A DNA stretch of 64,000 bases from Escherichia coli. Lineage in GTDB: Bacteria > Pseudomonadota > Gammaproteobacteria > Enterobacterales > Enterobacteriaceae. A program made the translations under genes and the position numbers. The stretch lies in NCBI RefSeq assembly GCF_045037415.1, contig NZ_CP173440.1; one strand, given 5' to 3'. Below, in pieces: positions 21,334 through 31,973 of the stretch. The stretch's first letter is position 1. Every line of letters begins with the position of its first letter. Under the pieces are notes generated by a model that did no database searches, was not told the DNA's origin, and worked only from the letters and a program-made list of their open reading frames with translations.

Positions 21334-22263
21334 TCAGGCAATAGCGCCTTTACCCACTCCCTCAAAGGCATGGACTTCTATTTTCGCTGCGGGTAAACCG
21401 TGCTCAATTGATTGCCTGATAAATAAAGCCAGTGACTCAACCGTGGTATCACACGGCAGAATATCTACTACCTCAGAACAAAGCATGATTTCAAAGTATC
21501 CCTGAGAACTTCGCCAGGAAGAACATGTCAGCCCCTTATGCCAGTATGTAACGGCACGCGGTGAAAGTGTTGTCACTGTAACGACATCTTCCCGGCTTAA
21601 CAGATAAGCGTTATTCCATCGCGTTGCCCACTCCTGTTCCCACATATGGCTTCGCTCACCATCCACAAAAATTCTGATCGCAGAGCGATGCCCATGCGCT
21701 ATTCTCTGGCAATTTCCGCGGTGTTTTTTCAGTCCATGCGAGTAATGATAACTGTCACCACTAATACTTTCCGGCCGTAACGTTATCGTTATGTCTTTTA
21801 CTCCCTGCGGCAAACACGCCAGTAAATGTTTTTCTATTTGGGATTCAAGGCAACGGGAAGTAATATTATCTGCCTGGACCAGCCAGAAACTCTCCTGCGG
21901 CCCGGAAATAAAACACTGGGTCTCCCCATTCTTACGCAGCATGGCGACTTCCGTCGTAGTCCCCGCATGACTAACAATAATATGACTATTTTGTTCCGGC
22001 ACAATCAGGACATGATCGGCCAGTTTATCAATTTCATGTTTGATACTTTTTTTTGCATGTGAGAAATCCATTACCATTGATTCAGCATTCAGATCCCCTT
22101 CAAGAATAATATCAACGATAAGGCTATCGCCAATCAGTCCGGCCTCCGCATCAAGGAAACTAAAATCCATGACCGTCAGATCATTAATAAAAAGTTTCAC
22201 CGCTACCTCTTTAGTAAAACAGAAAAGCCTCCTCCGCAAAAGGATTGATGAGGCAAGTATCAT
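21334..22263 (-). CDS. T-fold protein with PTPS/QueD-like C-x4-HGH motif
   Basis: NCQRIAHGH resembles the 6-pyruvoyl-tetrahydropterin synthase / QueD metal motif. Start uncertain. Confidence 0.35.
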   Translation of the reverse strand: MILASSILLRRRLFCFTKEVAVKLFINDLTVMDFSFLDAEAGLIGDSLIVDIILEGDLNAESMVMDFSHAKKSIKHEIDKLADHVLIVPEQNSHIIVSHAGTTTEVAMLRKNGETQCFISGPQESFWLVQADNITSRCLESQIEKHLLACLPQGVKDITITLRPESISGDSYHYSHGLKKHRGNCQRIAHGHRSAIRIFVDGERSHMWEQEWATRWNNAYLLSREDVVTVTTLSPRAVTYWHKGLTCSSWRSSQGYFEIMLCSEVVDILPCDTTVESLALFIRQSIEHGLPAAKIEVHAFEGVGKGAIA

Positions 22264-22329
22264 TTTGCTACATTAATAACAAATCGTTAATAATACGGTG
22301 TTATGTTAACGACACCAGCCGAGCCATAC

Positions 22330-22890
22330 TCAGAATTCATTTCGCAACAGCTGATAACCTTCCACCAGTTTGACATTAGTGCTGGCGACTTCTTCTGAAA
22401 ATTGTAAAGAAGCGGGATCCACTTTCGAATAACTTTTAAGATCGGAATCTGGCCCCACGCGTTCCGTTGATGGAATATAGGTGTTCTCAGGCAAGGTAAC
22501 GCCATCCACAACTGCATTATAGCGAATAACACAACCCGTCTGAATATGACAGTTAAACAACACACTGTTGAATCCAATAAATACCCGCTCGTCAACCTGA
22601 CAGGGGCCATGCACTATTGCACGGTGGGCAATAGATGTTCCGCTTCCTATCGTCACTGGCGCGCCGCTTTTTGAGTGAATAACCACTCCGTCCTGAATAT
22701 TAGAGTGGGAATGGATAATGATAGGATCCATATCCCCGTCTGCATTTAGCTCGTCAGCACGGATAACCGCATAGGGTCCGACGTAAACATAATCATGAAT
22801 AATGACACGTCCACAAATTACCGCGGTGGGATCGATATAGGCCTTTGTTGACACCACTGGGGTATGACCTGATGGGTTTTTACGTAACAT
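22330..22890 (-). CDS. gamma-carbonic-anhydrase-like hexapeptide-repeat protein
   Basis: Left-handed beta-helix repeat pattern (…AVICGRVIIHDYVYVGPYAVIRAD…). Start set at the internal ATG (MLRKNPSG) to avoid a large overlap with the upstream gene. Confidence 0.6.
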   Translation of the reverse strand: MLRKNPSGHTPVVSTKAYIDPTAVICGRVIIHDYVYVGPYAVIRADELNADGDMDPIIIHSHSNIQDGVVIHSKSGAPVTIGSGTSIAHRAIVHGPCQVDERVFIGFNSVLFNCHIQTGCVIRYNAVVDGVTLPENTYIPSTERVGPDSDLKSYSKVDPASLQFSEEVASTNVKLVEGYQLLRNEF

Positions 22891-23815
22891 TTTTACTTCC
22901 TTTCCAGTGAATACGGGCAACGGCATTATGGGGATGCAGGCTTTCCTGATGTTCAACCCTGATATCAAATGCTTCACAAAAGGGTGCACAACGAAAAACG
23001 TTATTGAGCCGACGGGCAGCATCTTCGCAAAACATCAGATTCTGACCGTTAGCCACCGCAAAAGCCTGTTCGTCGCTCCGCTTGACAACCGTTTGCACGG
23101 CTGTCCCGAGAGCAACTTCAGCATAATCAATCAGTTCAATCACAGGCAGTGATTTTGCTTCAGGATTAAGACGGATACTCACCCATGCCCAGCTTCGCTG
23201 GCTGTGCGGGGTTGCCGGCATTCCTTTCTCAACAAGCCAGTCGGCTATTTCTGCTGCCGGGAGCCTGTCGATCCTGTTACCAAAGTCTTTGCTAAACTGC
23301 AAACCCGCGACGTGGCGGCTAAGTGCAGCGGAAGCCGGGCAGGTGGACGAATAAGGGATACCCACTTTGAGGGTAACCGTAAAAGATTGCCTGAGTTCGG
23401 CGCTCAGAGTCAGAGGATAAGCTTTCCAGCCGGAGTGATTAGAATTTAACGACTTACGCGACAGTAACAAATCCCCTGAAATCTCAATACTGGCTTCATC
23501 ACTACGTCCCTGATGAGATACCAGAAATGCTTTCAACACATGTTGCAATAATGCCGGTGTGATTTCCCCTTGTGTCAGTTCGTCCAGAAGAAGATAAAGA
23601 CGAGACATATGGATCCCCTTTTCAGCTTCAGGTGAACTGAGAAGGTTTATGCCAGCATTGACCTTTGCTGATACCGGCCTGCCTGCGATGTCTATCGGCA
23701 GGTCAATTTGTTCCATGCCAACCCAGGATAATGACTCGCCCTCACCGTCACCCTTAGTGGACTGAATATCCGGTAGCATTCCGGGGCATAAGGTTTGTTT
23801 GGCTGCAATACTCAT
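22880..23815 (-). CDS. folE2: GTP cyclohydrolase FolE2-like (type IB)
   Basis: LPDIQ… and GIHMSRLY motifs resemble the FolE2/MptA family. Confidence 0.5.
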   Translation of the reverse strand: MSIAAKQTLCPGMLPDIQSTKGDGEGESLSWVGMEQIDLPIDIAGRPVSAKVNAGINLLSSPEAEKGIHMSRLYLLLDELTQGEITPALLQHVLKAFLVSHQGRSDEASIEISGDLLLSRKSLNSNHSGWKAYPLTLSAELRQSFTVTLKVGIPYSSTCPASAALSRHVAGLQFSKDFGNRIDRLPAAEIADWLVEKGMPATPHSQRSWAWVSIRLNPEAKSLPVIELIDYAEVALGTAVQTVVKRSDEQAFAVANGQNLMFCEDAARRLNNVFRCAPFCEAFDIRVEHQESLHPHNAVARIHWKGSKNVT

Positions 23816-23878
23816 ATATACCTGCCTGATCTGATATTTACTCTCATCCCTACCCTGCCCCCTGCCTGAGCCACCGCT

Positions 23879-24301
23879 TTATTTCTTTCGGTACTGAATC
23901 TCAACTTTTTCCTCCTTTGTTTTGGCTTCAATACTTAATTCTGCGGTGGGCCTGAGTAGCAGGCGTTGCAGACCGATAGGTTCGCCTGTATCCCGGCAGA
24001 AGCCATATTCTCCTTTTTCAAGCCGCATAAGCGCTGCATCATATTTCGGCAACAGGCGGCTTTCTCTGTCTATCTGTCTGAACAGCAGACGTAACTGCTC
24101 TTCACGAATGGCGATGTCACCTTCGTCACCCGTTTCTGGATTATCCTGCAGTTGTTGCTTCATCTGGTCTATATGATCAAGCACCTCCTGCCTTTCGTGG
24201 CGGATAAGCCGCCGGAAGTAGTCCTGTTGCACAGGATTCATGTAATCTTCTGGCAGCATCGCCAGGATTTTTTCTCGTTCAGCGCGGGTAGGTTTAGTCA
24301 T
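23879..24301 (-). CDS. dksA2: DksA-like protein lacking the Cys4 zinc finger (DksA2-like)
   Basis: DksA/TraR C-terminal region is present, but only one of the four zinc-finger cysteines remains (GFCRDTG…ELSIEAK). Confidence 0.7.
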   Translation of the reverse strand: MTKPTRAEREKILAMLPEDYMNPVQQDYFRRLIRHERQEVLDHIDQMKQQLQDNPETGDEGDIAIREEQLRLLFRQIDRESRLLPKYDAALMRLEKGEYGFCRDTGEPIGLQRLLLRPTAELSIEAKTKEEKVEIQYRKK

Positions 24302-24329
24302 GTCCTGTACCGATAAAATTGCGTAATGA

Positions 24330-24348
24330 AACGTTATAACATAACATT
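24330..24348. promoter_or_regulatory. Zur-box-like operator upstream of the dksA2-like operon
   Basis: AACGTTATAACATAACATT (reverse complement AATGTTATGTTATAACGTT), about 29 bp upstream of the start codon. Confidence 0.55.
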
Positions 24349-24371
24349 AACTGCCGCTGCAAAATAACCTG

Positions 24372-25571
24372 TTAAGCCAGCCGGGCCACTTTCGTGGGCC
24401 AGGGATCGTGGAAAATCCCCCCCTGCTGCCACCAGAGAATTTCCTCTTCAGTGAGTAAACACTGGCGCAATGCGAGGGCAAAATCGTCAATTTCGCCGCT
24501 CTCGCCAATAACAGTCAGGCGGCAGCGCCGGTCACCAAATCTGCCAGGCATTTTTGCCAGTTGCTGACGGATAGCTGCGCGTTCTTCCTTTGTCAATGAA
24601 TTATCAGTGTGAGTCAGGACCCCGGCTTTCCAGTAGCTTATGAATTCGAGATTGATGCTCCCTGCTGCCTGGTTCCACAATAATGCCAGGTCATCCCTTC
24701 CCGGTAGCCAGAAAAACCCCTTGCTGCGGTAAACGCCTGCGCCCATGAAGCGATGGCAGGTATCCCACAGCCGCTGCGGATGAAATGGACGGTCATCCTC
24801 AATGACCCTCCACGAAATATCGTATTTTTTATCGGTTTCATCCGGCAAAACTGCGTCAATGGCATCCTGAAGCTCATCGATAAGTAACGCCACCCGATGA
24901 AAATCGTAATCCGGCATGGAAAGCAATTCATCCAGCTGTAAATTTCCCCAGGGCACGGCCATAATTGCAACCTGGGGATTAAGGGGATGTATGGCTCTGG
25001 CTACCTCAGTAACCACATAGAAGGGTAACCGGTCGTTTTTGGTTAATAAGAGCTTATTACAGAACATAATCTGTTCTGCCAGCAGGCTTTCCACTCCCCG
25101 GGTTCCTTTATTGAGGTGCTCCTGGAAAACCGGAATAAGCTTCTTTCCACCGTCGTAGTCATCATTAAGCATGACCGTATCAACAAGAGACAAAAATGCT
25201 TTGAGACTTACCTGGGTATGTTCTCGCAGATAGCGGACCAGGGGAAGAGGATGGCTGCTACCTGAGGTTTCCAGTAAAATAAAATCCGCAGACCGTTTTT
25301 CGAGCAGGTTTTTCAGCGCGGAATCCAGCTTCTGGATCCCGCTTCTGCTGCTGATACTGTCTGCTGAAATACTCACAAAATTGTTACTGGCTGCATCAAC
25401 GATTTCTGTGTTGGCTATCAGGACGCCATCCACATCAAGTTCACTCATGTCATTAACGATGACGGATACAGTCATTCGCCGTTTGTGTGCCTGTGTAAGA
25501 AGGTTTTTTAGCAGAGTAGTTTTCCCTGCCCCCAGAAAACCATTAAGGATAATGAGCGGTGTTCTTTTCAT
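24372..25571 (-). CDS. COG0523 (CobW/ZigA/YeiR-like) GTPase paralog with SxSA in place of the CxCC motif
   Basis: P-loop [11 protein letters not shown]. Where family members have GCICC this protein has VSISADS. Start set at MKRTPL. Confidence 0.8.
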   Translation of the reverse strand: MKRTPLIILNGFLGAGKTTLLKNLLTQAHKRRMTVSVIVNDMSELDVDGVLIANTEIVDAASNNFVSISADSISSRSGIQKLDSALKNLLEKRSADFILLETSGSSHPLPLVRYLREHTQVSLKAFLSLVDTVMLNDDYDGGKKLIPVFQEHLNKGTRGVESLLAEQIMFCNKLLLTKNDRLPFYVVTEVARAIHPLNPQVAIMAVPWGNLQLDELLSMPDYDFHRVALLIDELQDAIDAVLPDETDKKYDISWRVIEDDRPFHPQRLWDTCHRFMGAGVYRSKGFFWLPGRDDLALLWNQAAGSINLEFISYWKAGVLTHTDNSLTKEERAAIRQQLAKMPGRFGDRRCRLTVIGESGEIDDFALALRQCLLTEEEILWWQQGGIFHDPWPTKVARLA

Positions 25572-25668
25572 AGCATCCAGCCTTATGCCGCTAAACGTTA
25601 ATGCAATCAAGTTGCAATAATACCGGCTTCCTGCCAAAATTCAAATGACATGACTCGGAGGGGGAAAT

Positions 25669-26121
25669 ATGACAACACCAGTAGCCAAAACGTATGACTG
25701 GAAGCAAACGTTGCGCACACATGGTTTGCGGGCAACGCCATCCACCCTTGCTACACTGCAGTGCCTTGAACATGCCAGCCAGGCCATGAGCCATGACGAT
25801 TTAACTCAGCAACTGGGCGAGCAGGCTCCCGATCGTGTGACCCTTTACCGAATACTGGAACGGCTAATGCAGGTCAGTATTGTCCAGCGTTATACCGACT
25901 CGGCAAGAACTCAGCGTTTCGCTCTGACCCAACGGGCTGCCGTAGGACTTTTTGAATGCGATAACTGCCATCATGTTATTCCTATTGAGCAGGATCCAGC
26001 CCTGGAAGCGGCCATTGAATTGGTAAAATCACATCTCACTGGACATGGTATGACCGAACGGGAAATTACCCTTTCCAGTCATGGTATCTGTCCGGACTGT
26101 AATCGTACTATCACCAAATAA
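25669..26121 (+). CDS. zur: Fur-family metalloregulator, probable Zur
   Basis: CDNCHH…CPDC motifs of the Fur family; divergent from a COG0523 gene and co-directional with the CysRS paralog. Confidence 0.7.
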   Translation: MTTPVAKTYDWKQTLRTHGLRATPSTLATLQCLEHASQAMSHDDLTQQLGEQAPDRVTLYRILERLMQVSIVQRYTDSARTQRFALTQRAAVGLFECDNCHHVIPIEQDPALEAAIELVKSHLTGHGMTEREITLSSHGICPDCNRTITK

Positions 26122-26202
26122 TTTTTTTCTTATTCCGGACGACTGTTAATTAGCGCCAGGCGTGTTCGTGTGCTGCTATCTAAAAATAATGAGGTAAACG
26201 TA

Positions 26203-27585
26203 ATGATTAAACTAACAAACACGCTTGGTATGCAAAAGGAGCTATTAGTTCCGGTTAAAGAGAGCAAAATCGGCATGTATGTATGCGGCGTGACGGTTTA
26301 TGACCTTTGCCATCTTGGGCACGCCAGAACCTTTGTAGCTTTTGATATGATTGTCCGCTATCTGCGTTTTCGCGGATACGATGTGACTTTCGTGCGTAAC
26401 ATTACTGATATAGATGATAAAATTATTCAGCGCGCCCGTGATACGGGAGAGGACTGGCGCAGCCTGACAGAGCGGATGGTGCATGAAATGCACATTGATT
26501 TTGCAAAGTTAGGCATCCTGCCGCCAAACATCGAACCTCGTCCCACAGAGCACATCCCACAAATCATCAGTATGATCGAACGACTTCTGCATCGACAATT
26601 TGCTTACATTGCAGAGAATGGTGACGTCATGTTCTCCACTGCATCGGCAAAAGGCTATGGAAAGCTTTCGGGACAGGATATTACCATGCTTCGTGCCGGG
26701 ACCCGCATCGAAGTGAATGAGTATAAACGCGATCCGCTGGATTTTGTTCTCTGGAAGCGGGCAAAACCCGGCGAGCCCGTCTGGCCATCACCCTGGGGTG
26801 AAGGGAGACCTGGCTGGCATATTGAATGTTCCGCAATGAACTGCCATTACCTTGGTACCCATTTCGACATTCATGGCGGTGGTTCTGACCTGATATTTCC
26901 CCATCATGAAAATGAGATTGCCCAATCCACCTCCGCCAATGATGGCCCTTACGTAAATTACTGGCTTCACACCGGCATGGTGACGGTGAATAAAGAGAAG
27001 ATGTCGAAATCGCTGAATAACTTTTTTACCCTGCGCGATATTCTGAATCGGTTCGATGCCCAGAGTGTGCGCTTCTTCCTGCTAAGCGCACATTATCGTA
27101 AGCCGCTGAATTATAGCGAGGAGAATATTCACCTCGCGCGCGCCTCGCTGACACGGCTCTACACCGCATGCCAGTTCGCTGACGGGTCTCGATCTGAACA
27201 GCACGATGCATGGCGGGCCAGATTCTGTGAGGCAATGGATGATGATTTCAATACACCCCAGGCGCTTGCCATTTTATTTGAACTGACAAGAGAGATTAAC
27301 AGGCTTTGCGGAACGAATGATGATGAAGCCGCAGCACTTGCCACCACGCTGAAAGACCTGGGGAATGTGCTGGGTTTGCTTGAACAATCAGCGGATGCCT
27401 TTTTGAAAAACCGCAGTGATCTTCATCCTGCAGAACTGCAACTTATTGAAAAGTTAATTCACCAACGCAGTGAGGCACGACGTATGGGCAAGTGGGACAA
27501 GGCCGATCGTTTAAGAAATGAATTAGCGGAGCAAGGCATTGATCTTGAAGATGTCGGCGAAAATACCTCATGGCGTATCCGATAA
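26203..27585 (+). CDS. cysS: cysteinyl-tRNA synthetase paralog
   Basis: Full-length class I CysRS similarity (GMYVCG…HLGH, KMSKS). Zinc-ligand positions are conserved ([25 protein letters not shown]). Confidence 0.85.
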   Translation: MIKLTNTLGMQKELLVPVKESKIGMYVCGVTVYDLCHLGHARTFVAFDMIVRYLRFRGYDVTFVRNITDIDDKIIQRARDTGEDWRSLTERMVHEMHIDFAKLGILPPNIEPRPTEHIPQIISMIERLLHRQFAYIAENGDVMFSTASAKGYGKLSGQDITMLRAGTRIEVNEYKRDPLDFVLWKRAKPGEPVWPSPWGEGRPGWHIECSAMNCHYLGTHFDIHGGGSDLIFPHHENEIAQSTSANDGPYVNYWLHTGMVTVNKEKMSKSLNNFFTLRDILNRFDAQSVRFFLLSAHYRKPLNYSEENIHLARASLTRLYTACQFADGSRSEQHDAWRARFCEAMDDDFNTPQALAILFELTREINRLCGTNDDEAAALATTLKDLGNVLGLLEQSADAFLKNRSDLHPAELQLIEKLIHQRSEARRMGKWDKADRLRNELAEQGIDLEDVGENTSWRIR

Positions 27586-27620
27586 GTTGTCCCTCTGGAT
27601 GTAAAAAATTTCAATATCAA

Positions 27621-27639
27621 TTGTTATGTTATAACGTAA
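27621..27639. promoter_or_regulatory. Zur-box-like operator
   Basis: TTGTTATGTTATAACGTAA, 17 bp upstream of the flavoprotein start codon. Confidence 0.55.
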
Positions 27640-27655
27640 TGCAAAGGGTAATTTT

Positions 27656-28786
27656 ATGAACCAACCACGCGAAGTCGTTATTGTCGGTGCGGGTCCGGCC
27701 GGGGTGGGTATGGCGGCGCTTCTTCGTCGTAGTGCCATACAGGATATCCTGGTCGTTGACAGTCACGAAGTAGGTGCCTCCTTTATGCGCTGGCCGGAAG
27801 AAACCCGTTTTATTACTCCTTCTTTTTTTTCCAATCCGTTTGGACAACCAGACCTGAACTCTGTGACCCCTGACAGTTCATTGGCGCTTTTCTGCGGTGA
27901 AGAACATCCTGGGGGGAAAACTTATGCCAGTTACCTTAAGGCCGTACTGGATGAGTATCAGATACCCGTCATGGCTCCCGCCAGGATTGCAAAGGTTGCG
28001 TTGCTCAGTTCCGGTAATTTTATACTGATAACAGAAGCAGGAGAGAAGCTGGAAACACGCTCTTTAATATGGGCTACAGGCGAATTCCAGTTCCCAGACC
28101 GGCAGATTTTTCCTGGAGCAGATATTTGTTGCCATTACGGTGATGTGACCAGCTGGAAGGATTTCAGGAAAGGTGAATACATTGTTATAGGCGGCTATGA
28201 AAGCGCGGTGGATGCCGCTGTAAACCTGCTGGAAAATGGCTCATCGGTAAAAATGTTAACCCGCTCAGCCCCTTGGTCAACTAACCACATCAGCGATCCC
28301 AGTCTATCGCTTTCCCCTTATACCCGTGAGCGTTTGAACAGAGTGATGAATCACCGTCTTTTCGAAATTTATGAAGATGCGGATGTCTGTGAAGTAATCA
28401 GAATGCCCGGCCCGGGAAGTTCGTACAAAGTCCATACCACAAACGGACGCGCCTGGGCTACTGACGAGGTGCCTGTGCTTGCTACCGGCTTCCAGTGTGG
28501 CGGAGGAGCAAGGCAACTGGCTGCTTTTTTTGAATGGAATGATGATGGCTATCCGGTCTTAACGGACGAAGACTGCTCAACCCTTTTTCCTGGTTTGTAC
28601 CTTGTCGGCCCTCATGTGCGGCATGCCGGTAATATTTATTGCTTTATCTATAAGTTCCGTCAGCGCTTTCCCGTCGTGGCAGAAAGTATCACGCGTCATC
28701 TGGGCCTGTCCTCTGAAGGAGTACGGGACTGGTGGGTTCTGCCTTCAGAGCCTGACTGCTGTGCCGATGAGGACTGTGCGTGCTGA
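27656..28786 (+). CDS. FAD/NAD(P)-binding flavoprotein (flavin-monooxygenase or thioredoxin-reductase-like) with Cys-rich C-terminus
   Basis: VVIVGAGPAGVG FAD-binding fold, second GG…AVDAA dinucleotide motif, LATGFQ motif, C-terminal CCADEDCAC. Confidence 0.6.
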   Translation: MNQPREVVIVGAGPAGVGMAALLRRSAIQDILVVDSHEVGASFMRWPEETRFITPSFFSNPFGQPDLNSVTPDSSLALFCGEEHPGGKTYASYLKAVLDEYQIPVMAPARIAKVALLSSGNFILITEAGEKLETRSLIWATGEFQFPDRQIFPGADICCHYGDVTSWKDFRKGEYIVIGGYESAVDAAVNLLENGSSVKMLTRSAPWSTNHISDPSLSLSPYTRERLNRVMNHRLFEIYEDADVCEVIRMPGPGSSYKVHTTNGRAWATDEVPVLATGFQCGGGARQLAAFFEWNDDGYPVLTDEDCSTLFPGLYLVGPHVRHAGNIYCFIYKFRQRFPVVAESITRHLGLSSEGVRDWWVLPSEPDCCADEDCAC

Positions 28787-30447
28787 GGTCCGTGTTTATG
28801 CAATCATTCGTTTTAATGGGATTAGAAAGTGCAGGAAAATCTACCCTGTTTAATATCCTGACGGAAAGTGCTGCCAGTGATGAGCGTAATTTCAGGGGAT
28901 CGACCGTTGTATGTCGGGAAGGTCTCATTAATGATGCAGGGATCTGCCTGGTTGATACGCCAGGCATACGTTTTCAGAGCGACAGTGAAACCACAAAACT
29001 CGCCCTTGATGCGCTAAATCAGCATGATGGCATTCTGGTGGTTCTGCGGGCCACGCACGCTCAGCAGGAGTGGCAAACGCTCTGTCACCTCATACCGCCA
29101 CAGGCAAAACACGTTGTTATACTCCTGACCTTTGCTGATAAGATCAGAAAGGGCCTTCTGGAAGTGACTGAATACCTGAGTGAAACATCAGGTGCGCCGG
29201 TACTGGCAGTCAATGCCCGGGAAGCTGGCAGCAATGTTCGCCAGGGAATAGTGCAGTTGCTGTTGCAGGATAAACCTGCACCCTCCGCTGTCTCTTTACC
29301 CCGTCAAAAGATACCGGTAATTAATCTGCTGGCTGAATTTCCTCAACAAACGATATTTGAACATCGTTGGTGTGGAAAAGTTGCTGCAATAGTATGCCTT
29401 TTCCTGCTGTTTGCCGTTCCGGTATGGGGGGCATGGCTGCTGTCAGATTTTATTCAGCCTGTCATTGACAGTGCGGTTATTCAGCCGCTTAAGAATATAA
29501 CGACGAGCTGGCCCGACGTTCTGAAGACACTATTTGTCGGCAATTACGGTCTTTTTAGTCTGGGACTTTATTCGTTTGTATGGGCATTTCCTGTGGTGGT
29601 ACTGATAGGGTTGTCTCTTTCGCTGACTGACGACAGTGGACTTAAGGAAAGAATTACAGCGACGCTGGATCCCTGGTTGAGAAAACTCGGCCTCAGCGGT
29701 CAGGACCTTATTCCTGTATTAAGCGGTTTCGGCTGTAATGTCGTGGCGGTTTTTCAGAGCCGTTCGTGTTCGCGATGCACCCGGCATGCTTGTATAAGTA
29801 TGATTAGCTTTGGGTCCGCTTGCAGCTATCAGACGGGGGCGACGCTTTCTCTTTTTAATGCCGCCCATCAACCATGGCTCTTTATCCCCTATCTCAGTCT
29901 GCTGTTTTTCACAGGCGCAATACATACGCGCCTCTGGAACGGGTCGTTGAAGCCTGGCCAAAACCAGCGTCTGACAGAGATCACCTGGCTACAATGGCCA
30001 CGCTGGCGAAATGTGACATGGATGCTGAAAAATATCCTCCGTCAGTTCATTACGCAAGCCATGCCGTTATTCCTGATTATCTGCATTGTTGCGGGGATGC
30101 TTGATTACGCAGGGATCACTCGCTGGCTGAGTGAAACGACGGCACCTTTACTTCATCTTTTTAAACTGCCAGCAGAACTGATGCCCGGGATCATTTTTTC
30201 ACTGCTAAGGAAAGATGGTTTGATGGTGCTCAATCAGGATGGCGGCAGCTTAATACAGTCTCTCAGCACATCTCAGTTACTGCTACTTGTCTGGCTCGCC
30301 TCTACGTTGATGGCCTGCCTTGTCACGGTATTTACCATCGCCCGGGAAATAAACTGGCGGTTTGCAGCAGCAGTGGCGGGAAAACAGGTATTAAGTTCTC
30401 TGGTGGTGGCTCTGGTGATATCCCAGTTATTTATTCATGAGGCATAA
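28780..30447 (+). CDS. FeoB-family transporter with a divergent G-domain
   Basis: G1 GLESAGKSTLFN and G3 DTPG; membrane domain with LSGFGCNVVAV gate-like motif; shorter than canonical FeoB. Confidence 0.6.
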   Translation: MLRSVFMQSFVLMGLESAGKSTLFNILTESAASDERNFRGSTVVCREGLINDAGICLVDTPGIRFQSDSETTKLALDALNQHDGILVVLRATHAQQEWQTLCHLIPPQAKHVVILLTFADKIRKGLLEVTEYLSETSGAPVLAVNAREAGSNVRQGIVQLLLQDKPAPSAVSLPRQKIPVINLLAEFPQQTIFEHRWCGKVAAIVCLFLLFAVPVWGAWLLSDFIQPVIDSAVIQPLKNITTSWPDVLKTLFVGNYGLFSLGLYSFVWAFPVVVLIGLSLSLTDDSGLKERITATLDPWLRKLGLSGQDLIPVLSGFGCNVVAVFQSRSCSRCTRHACISMISFGSACSYQTGATLSLFNAAHQPWLFIPYLSLLFFTGAIHTRLWNGSLKPGQNQRLTEITWLQWPRWRNVTWMLKNILRQFITQAMPLFLIICIVAGMLDYAGITRWLSETTAPLLHLFKLPAELMPGIIFSLLRKDGLMVLNQDGGSLIQSLSTSQLLLLVWLASTLMACLVTVFTIAREINWRFAAAVAGKQVLSSLVVALVISQLFIHEA

Positions 30448-30449
30448 GT

Positions 30450-30656
30450 ATGATCCCCAAGACTTACCAGCAATGGTACCGGTGCATCACAGAAGAATGT
30501 GGAATTCCCTTGACGCAGGCATTTATTGCATCCCGTCTGGCAGTCCTTGAGTCCCAAGATCATCAGGAAACCAGACGTTTTGTCTCGCTATATGGGCAAC
30601 AACATCTGAATAGTGTTGTACAGTGGTTCAAAAAAGCTGGGGAAGAATTGTTGTAA
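30450..30656 (+). CDS. small hypothetical protein, translationally coupled to the FeoB-like gene
   Basis: 68-aa ORF starting 3 nt after the FeoB-like stop. Confidence 0.35.
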   Translation: MIPKTYQQWYRCITEECGIPLTQAFIASRLAVLESQDHQETRRFVSLYGQQHLNSVVQWFKKAGEELL

Positions 30657-30681
30657 ATCTGCCCCCTTTTCGCTTTCATAC

Positions 30682-30710
30682 GAAGGCACCCGACAAATGC
30701 GGGTGCCTTC
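30682..30710. terminator. perfect 11-bp stem hairpin between convergent genes
   Basis: GAAGGCACCCG-acaaatg-CGGGTGCCTTC. A near-identical hairpin recurs at 61555-61585. Confidence 0.4.
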
Positions 30711-30713
30711 GAT

Positions 30714-31937
30714 TCATTCTTCGAACCAGGGCTCAACAGGATCGGAATAATGCCGCCACTTTTGAGGCCCTTCTGCCATTTCTGCATCCGTTAACAGGGC
30801 GGAATCCAGTCTGTTGCGCAGTTCTGATTCATTCATATCCATTCCAATAAAAACGAGTTCCTGACGGGCATCACCAATGCCATCTATCCAGTTAGACATG
30901 ATGAACTTCAGTGACTCAGCATCCTCTGGCCAACGTCCTTTCGGCACACTAGCCCACCACATGCCCCCCAGCCCCTGGCGCGCAATGCCACCTGCCTGCG
31001 ACCATGAACCTGCGAATTCCGGACGGCTGGCCAGCCAGAAGTAACCTTTTGATCTGACGACTCCATCCAGCTCATTTTCCATCACCTGCCAGAAACGGGT
31101 CGGATGAAAAGGCCGGCGGGCGCGAAAGACAAAGCTGGTGATCCCATATTCTTCTGTCTCCGGCGTATGTTCGCCCCGGAGTTCTTTAAGCCAGCCGGGT
31201 GCCTGAGCGGCCTGCTCGAAATCAAACAGCCCGGTATTAAGTATGTTGCCCAGCGGAACCTGTCCAAACTGTGAAACAACGATTCTGGCCCGTGGATTAA
31301 GCGAACGTAAAATCGCCATCAGTTTTTCTTTTTGCGCTTCACTGATAAGGTCAACTTTATTAAGGACCAGCACATCACAGAATTCAATCTGATCGATCAG
31401 CAAGTCAACAACGCTCCTTTCATCACCTTCACCTAACGATTCTCCGCGTGACTGAATGCTGTCTTCCGAACCGTAGTCTTTCAGAAAATTGTACGCATCC
31501 ACCACAGTGACCATGGTGTCAAGGCGGGCCACCGTCGAAAGGCTTTCACCGTCATCGCCCGCAAAGGTAAATGTTTCAGCAACAGGCAGAGGCTCAGATA
31601 TACCGGTGGACTCAATGACAAGCTGATCAAAACGCCCTTCTTTTGCCAGACGATTAACTTCGAGAAGAAGATCTTCGCGCAATGTGCAGCAAATGCAACC
31701 GTTGCTCATTTCTACCAGTTTTTCATCAGTCCGGGAGAGTTCTGCACCACCTTCCCTCACAAGGGCAGCATCAATATTCACCTCAGACATATCATTAACA
31801 ATGACAGCAACACGACGGCCTTCCCGGTTGTTCAGAATATGGTTAAGCAGTGTCGTTTTCCCTGCTCCCAAAAATCCCGAAAGTACGGTAACCGGCAGGC
31901 GTTTATCGCCATGAAAATTTGCACTGACTTCGGACAT
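30714..31937 (-). CDS. COG0523 GTPase with canonical CxCC motif
   Basis: P-loop [11 protein letters not shown] and GCICCTL metal motif, followed by a CobW_C-like C-terminal domain. Confidence 0.8.
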   Translation of the reverse strand: MSEVSANFHGDKRLPVTVLSGFLGAGKTTLLNHILNNREGRRVAVIVNDMSEVNIDAALVREGGAELSRTDEKLVEMSNGCICCTLREDLLLEVNRLAKEGRFDQLVIESTGISEPLPVAETFTFAGDDGESLSTVARLDTMVTVVDAYNFLKDYGSEDSIQSRGESLGEGDERSVVDLLIDQIEFCDVLVLNKVDLISEAQKEKLMAILRSLNPRARIVVSQFGQVPLGNILNTGLFDFEQAAQAPGWLKELRGEHTPETEEYGITSFVFRARRPFHPTRFWQVMENELDGVVRSKGYFWLASRPEFAGSWSQAGGIARQGLGGMWWASVPKGRWPEDAESLKFIMSNWIDGIGDARQELVFIGMDMNESELRNRLDSALLTDAEMAEGPQKWRHYSDPVEPWFEE

Positions 31938-31973
31938 TACCTTACATCTCCTCAGATATTCGTTGTGTTCGGA

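Noticed and set aside
22297-22316. Possible extra Zur box GGTGTTATGTTAACGACACC between the PTPS-like and gamma-carbonic-anhydrase-like genes
   Set aside because: Only one half-site matches well and it lies inside an operon; kept as unconfirmed.
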